Below, piece by piece: positions 37,113 to 51,400 of a DNA stretch of 64,000 nt. Origin of the DNA: Isurus oxyrinchus (lineage: Eukaryota); assembly GCA_026770705.1 (NCBI GenBank), contig JANJGN010000210.1, positions 434,001-498,000 on the forward strand. Reading direction: 5' to 3'. The notes beneath the pieces were generated by a model. That model had not been told where the DNA came from. It did not search any database and worked only from the letters and a program-made list of their open reading frames with translations. The translations under genes were made by a program, and so were the position numbers. Position 1 is the stretch's first letter; the number at the start of each line of letters is the position of its first letter.

Positions 37113-38499
37113 ATAGGTAATAATGGTTATTTATCGTTGTGGACTTCACTTGTCAGTAAAGCTGAAGCATGCAATCACACACACACATTTCATCTTAAGA
37201 TCCCATCTTTCCTACTTTGGAGGCTCTGTCGCACCTGCAGAATCGGAGAAAATCACCACCACCACATTTCAGGTGGTTCCATGAAGAAAAAAATCTCTCC
37301 CCACTTCACACCGGTTGAGTTGGTCATTAAAGCTCCCATCATTCCCACAATGAGCTCCTTAGTCCACATTCTTCGGTTAATCTGCCACAGTTGCACCATA
37401 AGTATTAGGAGTTCGCTCAGGAGGTAATGAGCCGATACTTCAGTAGAAGTGGTTTCTTGATACGTTAAGCCAGCATGGATCTGTTAAGGGAAAATCATGT
37501 TTAACTAACTTGCTTGAGTTTTGTGATGATATAGCAGCGATGGTTGATGAGGGTAATGCTTTTGACGTGGTTTACATGGTCTCTGAAAGGCATTTGATGA
37601 AGTGCCGCATAACAGACTTGTGAGCAAAATTGGACCTCACTGGAATAAAATGGACGGTAACATCCATTGGGATTGGGAACTGGCTGCGTGCCAGGAAACA
37701 AAGAGTAGTTTTGAACATTTGTTTTTCGGTCTGGGGGAAGGGTTTTAATGAAGTTCCCCAAGGGTCAGTGATACAACGCCTACTTTTCATAATATTTATT
37801 CATAAACTGGGCCTTGGTGTACAGGGCACAATGTCAAAATATGCGGACGATGCGAAATGTGGAAGCATTGCGGGCCATGAGGAGGATAGTGTAGAACTTC
37901 AAAAAGACATCGAGAGGTTGGTGGAAAGGGCGGACAAATGACAGATGAAATTTTGGTGTGAAGAACGCAGATAGACAGTATAAAGGAAAGGGTGTGATTC
38001 CAAAGGGGCTGCAGGAGCCGAGCGACCTTTCAGAGACCATGTAAACCATGCCAAAAGCATTACCCTCATACCATCGCTGCTAATGTCATCAAAAAACTCA
38101 AGCAAGTTAGTTAAACATGATTTTCTCTTAACAGATCCATGCTGGCTTAACATATCAAGAAACCACTTCTACTGAAGTATCGGCTCATTACCTCCTGTGA
38201 GAACTCCTAATACTTATGGTGCAACTGTAGCAGATTAACCGAAGAATGTGGACTAAGGCGCACATTTTGGGAATGATGGGAGCTTTAATGACCAACTCAA
38301 CCGGTGTGAAGTGGGGAGAGATTTTTTCTTCATGGAACCACCTGAAATGTGCTGGTGGTGATTTTCTCCGATTCTGCAGGTGCTACAGAGCCTCCGAGGG
38401 AGGAAGGATGGGATCTTAAGATGAAATGTGTGTGTGAGTGCACACATCAGCTTTACTGACAAGTGAAGTCCACAACGATAAATAACCATTGTTACCTAT
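37113..38499. repeat. Inverted duplication, arms 37113-37590 and 38026-38499
   Basis: The arms are reverse complements with scattered substitutions; both yield near-identical ORF text (THTFHLKIPSFL..CRIGENHH..ISGGSMKKK). Confidence 0.93.
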
Positions 38500-39190
38500 G
38501 GGTATAAATTATTGAAGGTGGCAGGACAAGTTGAAAGAGCACGATTAATAAAGTATGCAACATCCTGCGCTTTATTAATAGAGGAAAAGCGTTTAAAAGC
38601 AAACTAGTTATGTTAAACCGGTGTGGCACACTGGTTAGGCCTCAACTGGAGAATTGCATCCAATTGCAGGCACTGCACTTTTGGAAGAATTTGAAGGCAT
38701 GAGAGAGGGCACAGGAAAGGTTCATGGAAACTATTTCAGGGATGAAGAACTCCAGTTATGTATAAAGAGTGGAACAGTTGGCTTTAATCTCGTTTGAGGA
38801 GAGTAAGTTCAGAGGAGATTTGATACAGGTATTAAATATCATGAAGGGCCTGGGCAGAATAGATAGTGTGAAATTGTTTCCATTGGTGGAAGGATTGAGA
38901 ACCAGATGGCTCAGATTTAAAGTAATCTGGAGAAGAAGCAATAGAGACAAGAGGAAAAACATTTCTCGCAGTGAGTGGTTAGGATCTGGAATGCACTGCC
39001 TGACAGTGTGGTGGATTGAGGGACAATTGATGATTTCAAAACGAAATTGGATCCTTATCTGAAAAGAAAAAAAGATGCTGGACTACAGGGAAAGCTGTAG
39101 CCCAAGGTCAATTACTCCTTCAGAGGGTTACCACGGACAGGAGTAGCCGAATGGCATCCCCCTGCGCTGTAAGAATTCTATGATTCTATC
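37460..39190 (+). mobile_element. Decayed CR1 LINE, interrupted by the inverted arm
   Basis: KSCLTNLLEF, VPQGSVI..KYADDAK, RGDLIQVLNIMKGLGRID, ttctatgattctat tail. Confidence 0.85.
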
Positions 39191-39299
39191 ATTAATGTCG
39201 GAAGCAGCAACTAAAATCGACATTTTCACAACATCTGCAATAGAAGTATCCGTCCAGTAGATGGCAGTGAAACAGTGAATACTGACATCATATGAAACG

Positions 39300-41120
39300 A
39301 GCACTGTCTCAATCATTTCTGCACCAAACCCTGTCCCTGTTCATATTAAACTTGACCTTTGACTGTATGTATTACACTCAGTGATGTCTCTGATCATATT
39401 ATAACAGGCTGTGTCACAGTTGTTTCTACAATAGCTCAATCTCAGTCAATATACAGGGCAAAGACCATATTACACTATACATTCTCTCAGTTATCACATC
39501 ACTAAACCATGTCTTGGCTAATATGACAATAGTCCATGTCTCAGTTGTTACTGCACTGGTACTTGTCTCTACTTATACGAAACCAGATCATGTTCCTGTT
39601 TACATGTCACGAAGCTCTGTCTCAGTTATTGCACTACTAGACTCTGCCACGTTAATACTAAACTAGGGGATGCCTTGGCAAACACTGCACCAATCTATGT
39701 CTTTGTTTATATCACACGATGCCCTGTCACTGTTATTATTGTATAATACCATGCCTCTATCTTATTGCTGCACTTGCCCACATCTCTGTTTATATTAATC
39801 TAGGCCCTGTGTTGGTAGTTATTGCACGAAGTTCTGTCTCATTTTATATTAGACAACGTCCTGTATCAGATGAAACTGCAGTAGACCCAGTGTCAGTTTC
39901 CTTTCACTAGATCCTGCCTCAGTTATTACTGAACTAGACCATGTTGGTGTTCATATTACACAAGACACTGTCTCAATTATTATTGCACTCAGCACTGCCT
40001 CACTTTTTACTCCACTATATCATGCCTCTGTTTATATTACACTAGATCACTTTTTTGCTTATATTCTGTTAGACCCTATCTCAGTTTATATAACACTCGA
40101 CCCTGTCTCAGTTTATATCACATTAGACCCCGTCTCAGATAATATTATACTGGAGCCCGTCTCGGTTTATATTATACTAGAGCATGTCTTTGTTTACATT
40201 ACAATAGACCCTGTCTCAGTTTATATTACACTAGACCCTGTCTCAGTTTATATTACATTAGATCCCGCCCCAGTCTATATCACACTAGACCCTGTTTCAG
40301 TTTATATTACACTAGACCCTATCTCAGTTTATATTACACTAGACCCTGTCTCAGGTTACATTACACTAGACCCTGTCTCAGTTTATATTACACGAGGCCC
40401 TGGCTCCGTTTATATGACACTAGGCATTGCTTCTGTTTATATTATAATAGGCTCTGTCAATGTTATTTCTGTGTAGACCATGTCTCTGTTTATACTACAC
40501 AAGGCCGAGTCTGTTATTACTGCACTAAACCCTGGCTCAATAATTGCTGATACTAGCCCCAGCCTTCGTTTGTATTACTGTAGATGCTGTGTCAATAATT
40601 GGTGCACTCGGGCCTGTCTCAGCATTACTGCACCAGACCCTGACTTTTTTTATATTGAAATGGATTACGCCTATGGTAATATTACACCAGTTCCTGCCTC
40701 GGTTATTTCAGTGCTTGGCCTCGTCTCAGCTGGCCCTGAATTCGGCTGTGGCTCTGTATTACGTGTGGAAAACCCTCAGTTATTTCTGCTCTCGGCCCTG
40801 TGTCTGTATATACAACGTGAAACCCTGTCTTAGTTTCTGCTGCACTAATCCATACATCTCCTTTTATTACACTCGCCCTGTCCCTGTTCTTATTCCACTA
40901 GATCATGTTTTTGTATGTCTTACACTGTAGGCAATCTGAGTTATTAGTGCACCAGACCCTGTCTAGGGTGTTATTAATCCATGTGTCGGATCAATCATTA
41001 CTGTTCTAGCCCCGAGACAGGATTAATATCAATTGACCCAGTGCTTAGTGCGCTAACCCTGCCTCAGTTATTTCTACGCTTGGCCATGTCTCTGTGATTA
41101 TTGCAGTGGTCAATGTCTCC
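39300..41120 (-). repeat. 27-bp minisatellite (CTAGACCCTGTCTCAGTTTATATTACA), homogeneous core ~40060-40400
   Basis: 27-bp period, e.g. tcagtttata at 40081 and 40108. Orientation is opposite to the 42.3-62 kb array. Confidence 0.9.
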
Positions 41121-41574
41121 AGCTGTGAGTTGGAGAGATAATATTATACACAAAGATGTTGAGGTGGGAATTGTTCCCTGGCGTTGGCCTAAAACGGGCG
41201 GTATTGGATGGCCCGTTCTTTGCAGTACCTGATTGTTATTTTCATTTAGTTTTAGTCAAAGAAATTATAGATCAGATACGGTCAGTTATGTGTGCCGTAT
41301 AGAAAAAAAAATCACGCCTCTTGCTTATACCGCCATTTCTCAAAGATAAATGATGACCTTTACCCGAGTGTTTCAGTATTTAATTTTCTTTTACTCAAAC
41401 TGTCACTGCGGATCATTTAGTGCTGTAAACATTTATTAATAGTATGTTTCGTTGTGTACTTTTGCTTAGAAAGTGATGTCATACTGACACTTTCGTCACT
41501 AAGACGAGCATGTTTATCGCCAAACTCATTTGGTGTCTCCTCTCTCCGTCTGAGGCAGCGTCTAACTCATCGAA

Positions 41575-41725
41575 TCTCTTCTCTCTCTCTCTCTCTCTCT
41601 CTCAACCTTTCTTTCTCTCTCTCTCTCGCTGTCTCTTCACCCACCATCAAACTCCCGCCTTCCACCCCCCCACCCCCCAACCCCCAGCCCCCTTCTCCCC
41701 CGCACTCTCTCTCTCTCTCTCTCTG
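41575..41725 (+). repeat. (CT)n / C-rich simple repeats
   Basis: Direct inspection. Confidence 0.85.
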
Positions 41726-42339
41726 AGACAGTCCCTTATTCATTTTGAATCCCCTGTTATCTATTAACACTCATTGGAGATTTCTTTTCGCAATTTCTCT
41801 TCATTTCTCCTAGTGACAACTTTCAGTTCACTCCTGCCTTCAGTGATGGTGCTCAAATCCAAAACTATGCATTTATTTAAATTGTAGATAGTTTAATACT
41901 GTAAGTATTGATAACCAGTCTGTTGTGTGCATTTGTTTATAAAGTGATGTTAGACTGACGATTTCGTTTCTAAGGTGCTCTATCTGTCTCCGGTGATCAG
42001 TTGGAAAGCGGAGCAAATCACATCCAGAAGAACCAGCAGTTTATTAACAAATGATCACCTCAATATCTCACAGAAGCTCCTCAAAATCTCGAATGTGTGA
42101 TGATTTGTGCAAGTGATGGCAAAAATCAAACTTCACCTACACCTGACATGAGACTAATACACCTGTAATTCTCCAATTTATTATTCCGGTTGATAGGAAG
42201 GATTGAAACTCCTGCTGTTATCCGGAGAATTTCACTATTTCTATGTCCTCTTTTTTTAACTGTTATCTTCACAAATTCCACCACAACCACTCGAATCATG
42301 TTTGAATAGACTGCAGGTTGTATATTCATTGTAATCTTA

Positions 42340-43006
42340 ACGAAAATAAACCAGGGCCTAGTCGAGCATAAACAGACACCGGACCTGGTGTAACATAAGC
42401 AGAGATATGGACTACTGCATTAATAACAGAGACAGTATCTGCTTTAATATAAAAGGAGATATCGGCCAATGAAGTAATAAAAGAGACAAAGCCTGGTGTT
42501 GTATAACCAAGGATATGGGCCCGTGCAGTAATATCAGAGACAGGACCTGGTGTAATATAAACTTAGGTATCGGCTAGTGTAAGTAATAACAGGCACAATA
42601 CCTGGTATAGTACAGACAGAGGCATGTGCTAGTGCGATGATAACACAAATTGGTCCGAGGAGTCAGATCAGCAGAGAAATTGGCTAGTTCAGGAATAAGA
42701 CAGAGGGAGGACTTGGTATAACATTGAATGAACCGATATTTGTGTGAACATTATAACAAAAACACTTTGTATAAAATACCAACTGAAAGAGGTCATGGTG
42801 AAACACTAGCAGAAACAGGGTCAACGTTAACAATATCAGAATCAGGTTACAATTGAAAACTGATCGGCACAAGGTTTTCAGAAATAATGAGAGAGATTTG
42901 CATTAGGATTGAATGACATGTAGGCTGTTCGTGCAACAGAGATAGCGTTTTATACAATGAGATTGGATATAGGGAACAGATTAAAAACGGTAAAGCTCTG
43001 TGTAAT
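42340..43006 (+). repeat. Degenerate 27-bp satellite (also ~26960-27380, ~45170-45440, ~49200-49330, ~50460-50700, ~51410-52200)
   Basis: Recurrent gagacagggcctagtg/taata motifs. Confidence 0.6.
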
Positions 43007-45153
43007 AAAAATAAAAACAAAAAGCTGCGGATGCTGGAAATCCAAAACAAAAACAGAATTACCTGGAAAAACTCAGCAGGTCTGGCAGCATCAGCGGAGA
43101 AGAAAAGAGTTGACATTTCGAGTCCTCATGACCCTTCGACAGAACTAGGTGAATCCCAGGAAGGGTTGAAATATAAGCTGGTTTAAGGTGGTGGGGCGGG
43201 GGTGGGGGTGGGGGGTGCGGCGTTGGGTGGGGGGAGAGAAGTGGAGGGGGGTGGTGTGGTTGTAGGCAAAAGCAGTGATAGAAACAGATCTTCAAAAGAT
43301 GTCACAGACGGCAGAACAAAAGAACACATAGGTGTCGAAGTTGGTGATATTATCTAAACGAATGTGTTAATTAAGAATGGATGGTAGGGCACTCAAGGTA
43401 TAGCTCTAGTGGGGGTGGGGGGAGCATAAAAGATTTAAAAATATTTAAAATAATGGAAATAGGAGGGAAAAAGAAAAATCTATATAATTTATTGGAAAAA
43501 AAACAAAAGGAAGGGGGAAGAAACAGAAGGGGGGTGGGGATGGAGGAGGGGGGTCAAGACCTAAAGTTGTTCAATTCAATATTCAGACCGGAAGGCTCTA
43601 AGGTGCCTAGTCGGAAGATGAGGTATTGTTCCTCCAGTTTGCGTTGGGCTTCACTGGAACAATGCAGCAAGCCAAGGACAGACATGTGGGCAAGAGAGCA
43701 GGGTGCAGTGTTGAAATGGCAAGCGACAGGGAGGTTTGGGTCATTCTTGCGGACAGACTGCAGGTGTTCTGCAAAGCGGTCGCCCAGTTTACGTTTGGTC
43801 TCCCTAATATAGAGGAGACCACATTGGAAGCAACGAATGCAGTAGACTAAGTTGTGGGAAATGCAAGTGAAATGCTGCTTCACTTGAAAGGAGTGTTTGG
43901 GCCCTTGGACGGTGAGGAGAGAGGAAGTGAAGGGGCAGGTGTTACATCTTTTGCGTGGGCATGGGGTGGTGCCATAGGTGGGGGTTTGGGAGTAGGGGAT
44001 GATGGAGGATGGACCAGGGTGTTCCGGAGGGAACGATCCCTACGGAATGCCGATAGGGGGAGTGAAGGGAAGATGTGTTTGGTGGTGGCATCATGCTGGA
44101 GTTGGCAGAAATGGCGGAGGATGATCCTTTGAATGAGGAGGCTGGTGGGGTGATACGTGAGGGCAAGGGGGACCCTATCATGATTCTGGGAGGGAGGAGA
44201 AGGCGTGAGGGCAGATGCGCAGGAGATGGGCCGGACACGGTTGAGGGCCCTGTCAACGACCACGGTTAAGGAAGAAGGAGGACAGGTCAGAGGAACTGTT
44301 TTTGAAGGTAGCATCATCAGAACAGATGCGACGGAGGCGAAGGAACTGAGAGAATGGGATGGAGTCGTATGGGAAGCGGGGTGTGAGGAGCTGTAGTCAA
44401 GGTAGCTGTGGGAGTCGGTAGGCTTGTAATGGATATTGGTGGACAGTCTATCACCAGAGATTGAGACAGCGAGGTCAAGGAAGGGAAGGGAAATGTCAGA
44501 GATGGACCACGTGAAAATGATGGAGGGGTGGAGATTGGAAGCAAAATTAATACATTTTTCCAAGTCCCGACGAGAGCACGAAGCAGCACCGAAGTAATCA
44601 TCGAGAAAGAGTTGTGGAAGGGGGCCGGAGTAGGACTGCAACAAGGAATGTTCCACATACCCCATAAAGAGACAGGCATAGCTGGGGCCCATGCGGGTAC
44701 CCATAGCCACACCTTTTATTTGGAGAAAGTGAGAGGAGTTGAAGGAGAAATTGTTCAACGTGAGAACAAGTTCAGCCAGACGGAGGAGATTAATGGTGGA
44801 TGGGGATTGTTCGGGCCTCTGTTCGAGGAAGAAGCTAAGGGCCCTCAGACCATCCTGGCGGGGGATGGAGGTGTAGAGGGATTGGACGTCCATGGTGAAG
44901 AGGAAGCGGTTGGGGCCAGGGAACTGGAAATTGTTGATGTGACGTAAGGTGTCAGAGGAATCACGTGTTCTTTTATTCTGCCATCTGTGACATCTTTTGA
45001 TGATCTGCTTCTATCACTGCTTTTGCCTACAACCACACCACCCCCCTCCACTTCTCTCCCCCCACCCAACCCTCCCCCCCTAACCCCCCTTCCCCCCACG
45101 ACCTTAAACCAGCTTATATTTCAACCCTTCCTGGGACTCACCTAGTTCTGTCG
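43007..45153 (-). mobile_element. Penelope-like element with a 5' inverted terminal fragment and 15-bp TSD
   Basis: RT/GIY-YIG ORF fragments 43554-44893. ~44965-45153 is an inverted copy of ~43135-43330. TSD AAAGCTCTGTGTAAT at 42992-43006 and 45154-45168. Confidence 0.93.
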
Positions 45154-48100
45154 AAAGCTCTGTGTAATTAGTGCAATATTTGATGATAACAGAGGATAGC
45201 AGGTCAATGCATTACTGAATACATCACTGGGTCCAGTGTGATAACGACACAGTCAGCACCTCATCCACCGAAATCGAAGTTGGGTCTGATATAATAGTGT
45301 TTGTGAGACAGCGCCAATTGATACAATAGCAAATCTTTTGCCTAATGCCCAATAACAGAGTCAAGCGCCACTGCAATATGAATGGGATGGAGTTGGTGCA
45401 ATAACACTGACACAGTCTAGTGTAATAGCAAATAAAACATAACAATTTGGAATCATTCTGCAGGTCAGGCAGAATCTGTGGCGATAAACCGAGTGAACGT
45501 TTCATGGCGATGACCCTTCAGCAGAACCGGAGTCATCGATTGGAAACTTTAACTCTACTTCTCTCCACAGCCACTGCACTCCCAAGTGGTACAGTTGATC
45601 GTCCTCCTGCTTTTGAGCTGTAGGATCTGTGTTCAGATTTCACTCCAGGCTCAGTTGACCACGGGAAGAGTGTCTGTGTGCCAGACGCCGGTTTTTAATC
45701 AGCTTCCAAATTCCTCCCGCCTCTCCACTTTCCCCAAGGCTGCAAAGTATATGACGAACCGGAAAACAAACAGGCTCGACACTTGCTGTCTGACCTGTTG
45801 AGGATTTCCAGCACACTCGGTTTTTATTTTAGATTTCTAGCATCTTTATCTTGCCGTTGTACTAATGCAATGGGGACTGGGGATACATCATGTCAGCATT
45901 GACGAATTAGCATCACTCTTACCCCTGGGTCAAACGGTTGTGGGTTGAAGCCTCGATCCAGAGATCTGTCCATTTAAAAACGCCCAGTGCTCACGGTGAG
46001 AGTTTATATGTCAGCCTTTCTGTTCTTCTATCCATTATTTCCTTACAGTCAGGAGGAGGAATTAAAAGCAGAGAAACTCTGGACAGTTTCTCCATCCAGC
46101 AAAGGGCGGGTTCCTGGGACTTTGTTGCTGCTTTGATCTTCCCGCCCTCTCCAAAAATACAAAGAACATCACCCTTCTTGGACTTGCGAAGGAAATTCTG
46201 ACTGCCGGGCCCGGGCCAGACTGGGGCCTGGTCCAATAATAATCACAGAGGCCGTCTCCAGTGTGTCAGTAACAGAGGCTGTTGGGAATCTGACATAAAG
46301 AAAGGCAGGGGTTCTAATAAGTATCTGACTGTAAAAGGGTGTGAAAGTGTGAGGAAACAATGATGTTTAGGGCCTTAGCGCAGACTCTGTGTTATGGTGA
46401 GTGACACAGGGATTTGTGTGGTAAAAACGGAGCGGAAACATCATGACAGAGGCCCGGGTGACTGACTCCACCTGACTGAGAGCTGTTATACCCAAGGGGA
46501 GGACAATCATGGCGGACTCCAGAGATTTCTGATATCTGCAGGGTCAATGCTGCATGTGTCAGAGGAAAAGAAAATAACCTGCTCCCTCTCATTCTTACCG
46601 ACAGTTCTCCATTTACACAGACCCGGCAGCTTGTAGAAACCAATGTTTCAATCTTCAGCTCGAGGCACATGATGACTGAAAGGATTAAACACCGAAAACT
46701 CACCAGAGGAAAAATCAGAGCCGAAAATGTTAAAGATAATCGTACTTTCTACTAAACGAGCTCTATTCAGTGTTATTATTTTGTTCAAAGTAGTGGTTTG
46801 TAAACAATAGTGAACTTCTGAATGATTCCTGGCAATTATAGACACACACACACTCAAGCTCTGTCAAAAGACAGGATTAGCAGAAGACGAAAGCTGTATA
46901 ATTATTGCATTTTATTTGGGCTCAATGAGGGACCGAGGTAGATACAGGAAAGGTTCTGGGACATTGATATAGATGAGTATTTCAATTGACCCCATTCCCT
47001 GTAATCCTTCAAATTCTCACACCTTTAAATAATTACAGAATTCATTTTACAAAGTTACTATTGGTCTAATGCCATCACCCTTTCAAACTGTGCATTCCAG
47101 TTCAGAACAACTTGCCGTGTTAAAAAAATAAGCAATTATCCTCCTGTCTTCCTGTTCAATAAAGGAAATTTGCGTCCCCTGGTTACCGACCCTCCTATCA
47201 GTTGAAATAATCTCTCTTTATTCACACTATTAAAACTTTCATGATTTTGAACGCTTCTATTTAATAGACACTCAGTGAGGTGGACAGAGATACACAGAGA
47301 GATAGACAGAGATAAAACTAAGGGAAGGAGACTTAAAATGAAAAACGGAGATGGAATGTTGCAGAGAAACAGAGGAAACAAGTTTCGAGGGAAAGTATAT
47401 GTGCAGGGAGTGTGTGTGTGCGTGGCGGGGGGCGGTGTTGGTGAGGTGTGGAGGGGGAGTTAGAATGGGGGCAGGTGGTGGAGCATGACAAAGAAAAATG
47501 AAAGGTAGCAAGATCTCATTTCCCAGCTTCAGGGAATCGAGGGATCTCAGTGACTGACCATCCAGTTATGTCCTGGAAATGGAAGCTCTAAACGGATCAC
47601 ACAGGCTCATTTGCAAATGTCACCACCATGTGATCTGCGTGACTCTGCCCTGACTCTGTGGCCAGATATAAGCCGCCTTGACAGATGTTCTCACCAGATT
47701 GTGGCCCCTGGATTTATTTTCTGCTCAGAAGTGAGATGTGCGGTTTGGAACCAGCAGCAGAGAAGCAGGAAGTTGTGTTACCTGAGAATGAAAAAGCTGG
47801 CGTCAGTTTCATGTTATCACCATGAACAGTCTTCCTGCCTGTAAGGGTGAACTCACTCTGATAGCATCAAGAACAACCACACAGATTGAGGTCGGCCTCA
47901 GCATTACATTCACCTCCATTCCCAATTTAAACAATTAAATAAATGAGGTTAGTTTGGTTATAACATATTAACGGAAGACGAGATGGACTGAAGGTTATCA
48001 CTGGGAGAAAAGAACGGAAATTAAAACAATAATACCACTCACAGGGGGTTATTCTGAAATAGAAAGTTTTAAGAGGGTTTGGTGGTGTCTGAGAGAAAAT

Positions 48101-48534
48101 GAGGAGAGAGGTTAAGTGAGTGATCTGGTGTCTTTCTGGGACTGAATTTTCCTCTGATGAGGTTTTGGCGCTTAATCTTTTCAGTGATAATGTGCCTTAA
48201 GCAAAAGATTTAAACATTGGTTACTCGAAGCTGCCAGATCCGGCCCTTGTGAGTCTGTGTAAGTGAGTTAAGTGAAGTCTGAGACAGAGGAAGAGAGGGA
48301 AGAAGTTCAGCGAGTCATTTGAAAGGTGTATTTTCCTTGACAACGCAATGGCCAGTTTGACATTACTTTCCAGAGCACTCAAGACAATGCATTACCGATA
48401 AATATTAACGACAGCATAGGCAGCATATTGATAAATTCTCAATAAACTATCGTAATGTGTTAAAAAATAATTATGTCTTTTGCAAGCAATGAAGCATGAT
48501 ATGTTCTAGATGTACCTGCATCCACAACATACAG

Positions 48535-48638
48535 CTGCACACATTTACACACACAGCCACACACAAGGACACACGCACACACACAGCCACGCAGACACAC
48601 AAACAGTGACACAGACACACACACACACAGACACACAG

Positions 48639-48671
<33 letters not shown>

Positions 48672-48710
48672 GACACACACATATGCACACACACACACCT
48701 TTCATACACA
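48535..48710 (+). repeat. (CA)n compound microsatellite
   Basis: Direct inspection. Confidence 0.95.
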
Positions 48711-49336
48711 AGAACATTGGATATTCGAAGCCTGCGGCCGCCCATTTGCCTGAGGTTGCGGTTTCAGATCCTGTCTCTCACAATCAGTGGCCACGCCAAA
48801 AGCAAACAGAAATTCCTATTGGAAAAATGAAAAGTATCTGGAAATTAAAGAAAACTGTGAGCAATTGCCACTGATCAACTCAAGTATGAATTATTCATCT
48901 CCAACACAATGCAGTTTGTGACTTCAGTTGTGCAATGTGCAGTGCAATGTGGTTCACCTTTATTTCTGTTAGTCAATCTCATTGATGAAGGGAATGTTAC
49001 AAGATTCACCCCAACCATTCAACACAAACATTACACACATCACACTAGAGCAATTAGAAATTGCACACAACGTCTCATAGTTAGTAACAAGACTAAATGT
49101 ATTCTTCCAAAATCTTTTTACCTACCAGATATTATAACATTTTAAAAATTAATACCCACCTATCCACCTGGCTCTCTCTTGAGCTCTATCCAGTTAGCAG
49201 AGACCTGTTACAGTGCAGTAATAACTGAGACTTGGTCTAGTGTATTAATAAATGGTATAGGACCTTTATAATATAAGGTGAGATATAAAAGAGTACAGTA
49301 ATGAATGAAGCAGCCTAATACAGTAATATCACAGGT

Positions 49337-50460
49337 TCATAGAATCACAGAACTTTAACACACAGAAGGAGGCCATTCGGCCCATCTTGTCTACATCGGC
49401 TCTCCAAATGAGCATTCTGACCTAGTGCCATTGCCCTGGCTTTTCTCCACACCCTTGCACTTTGTTTCTATTCAAATAATCATTTAATGCCCTCTTGAAT
49501 GCCACAATTGAACCTGCATCCCTCACACTTCCAGACAGTGTATTCCAGACCCGGACCACTCATTGTGTGAAAAAGTTTTTTTCTCACATCAAATTTGCTT
49601 TTTTTTGCAAATCACTTTAAACCTGTGCCCTCTCGTTCTTTATCCTTTTACGAATGGGAACAGCTTCTTCCTCTCTACTCTGTCCAGCCCACTCATGATT
49701 TTGAAAACTTCAATCAAGTCTCCTCTCAGCCTTCTCCTCTCCATGGAACACAGTCCCAACTTCATCCCTGGGAATATTCTTGTAAACCTCTTCAGCACTC
49801 TCTCCAATATCTTCACATCCTTCCTATAATATGGTACTAAGGACGGTACACAATATTCCAGCTGAGGGCTAATGAAGGCCTTATATAAATTCCGCATAAC
49901 CTCCCTGCTCTTGTACTCTATGCCCCTATTAATAGAACCCAGGATACTATATGCTTTAGTAACAGCTCTCTCCACCTGTCCTGCCACTTTCAATGATCTA
50001 TGCATATCTACACCCAAGTCTTTCTGCTCCTGCACTCCTTTCAAAACTCCACTCCTTATTTTATATTGTCCATGTTCCTCCTCCCAAAATGCATCATCTC
50101 ACACTTCTCCACATTGAACTTCATCTGCCACCTATCTGCCCACTCCAACAACTTGTCTGTGACCTCTTGAGGTTCCACACTGTTCTCCTGGCAGTTTGCA
50201 ACACTCCCAAGCTTTCTATCATCCTCAAACTTTCAAATTGTTCCCTGCAGACCAAGGCCTAGATTGTTAATATATAACAGGAAAAGCAAGGGTCCCAATA
50301 CCGGCCCCTGGGGAACTCGACAACAAACCTTCCTCCAGCCCGAAAAACATCCATTGACCATTAACCTCTGCTTCCTTTTTTTCCAGCTAATTTTGTATCC
50401 ACTTTGCCACTGTCCCTTTTATTCCATGAGCAATAACTTTTCTCACAAGTTGGTTATCAG
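49337..50460 (-). mobile_element. CR1 LINE 3' portion
   Basis: QKDLGVDMHRSLKVAGQVERAV..INRGIEYKSREV..LRGDLIEVFKIM; tail at ~49337-49352. Confidence 0.88.
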
Positions 50461-50734
50461 ATAGATCCTAATTTAATACAAACAGAGACTGTGCAATGCA
50501 ACAGCAGCTCAGAAATTGTCACTTGCAGTATATATAGAGGCACGGCCATGTGCATTAATAAATGAAGCATCATATAATGTAATAGAGATAGAGACATAGT
50601 CTAGTGCAGTAATAACTGAGAAAAGGTCAATTGTAGTGTATATAGAGGCATGGTCCAGTGCATTAATAAGTTAAACTGCAGATAGCATTATATACACTGA
50701 TGCAGTGCTGAGAGAAAGATAAAAGGAGAAGTGG

Positions 50735-51400
50735 TAAGTAATTGGGAAAACTAATAGAATGTTATCATTTATTGCGAGGGGAATTGAATACAAATGTACA
50801 GAAGTTATGTTTCAGCTATACAGGGCACCAGTGAGATCATGTTTGGTGCACTGTGTACAGTATTGGTCACCTTAATTAAGGAAGGATGTAAATGTATTGT
50901 AAGAGGTTCAGAGAAGGTTTATTAGAGTAATACTTGGAATGGGTGGGTTGTCTCATGAGGAATGGTTGGATAGACTAGGCTTATATCTTCTGGGGTTTAG
51001 AAGAGTAAGAGGTGACTTGACTGAAATATATAAGATCCTGAGGGGTCTTGATCAGGTGAATGTGGAGAGGATGGTTCCCCTTGTGGGAGAATCTAGAACG
51101 AGGGAGTCACTGTTTAAAATAAGGGGTCGCCCATGTGAAACGGAGATGAGGCAAATTGCTTTCACTCTCAGGGTCGTGAGTCTTTGGGAATCTCTTCCTA
51201 AAAAGACAGTGGAAGCAGAGCCTTTGAATATTTTTAAGGCAGAGGTGGATAGATTCTTGCTGAGCAAGGGGGCAATAGGTTATCGGGGGTAGGCAGGATG
51301 CAGATTTCATGTTACTGTCAGATCAGCCATGATCTTATTAAATGGCAGAACAGGCTCGAGGGCCTGAATGGCCTACTCCTGTTTTTTCTTCGTATGCTCC
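50735..51400 (+). mobile_element. CR1 LINE 3' portion
   Basis: GLSHEEWLDRLGLY..RVRGDLTEIYKILRGLD..FKAEVDRFL. Confidence 0.85.
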
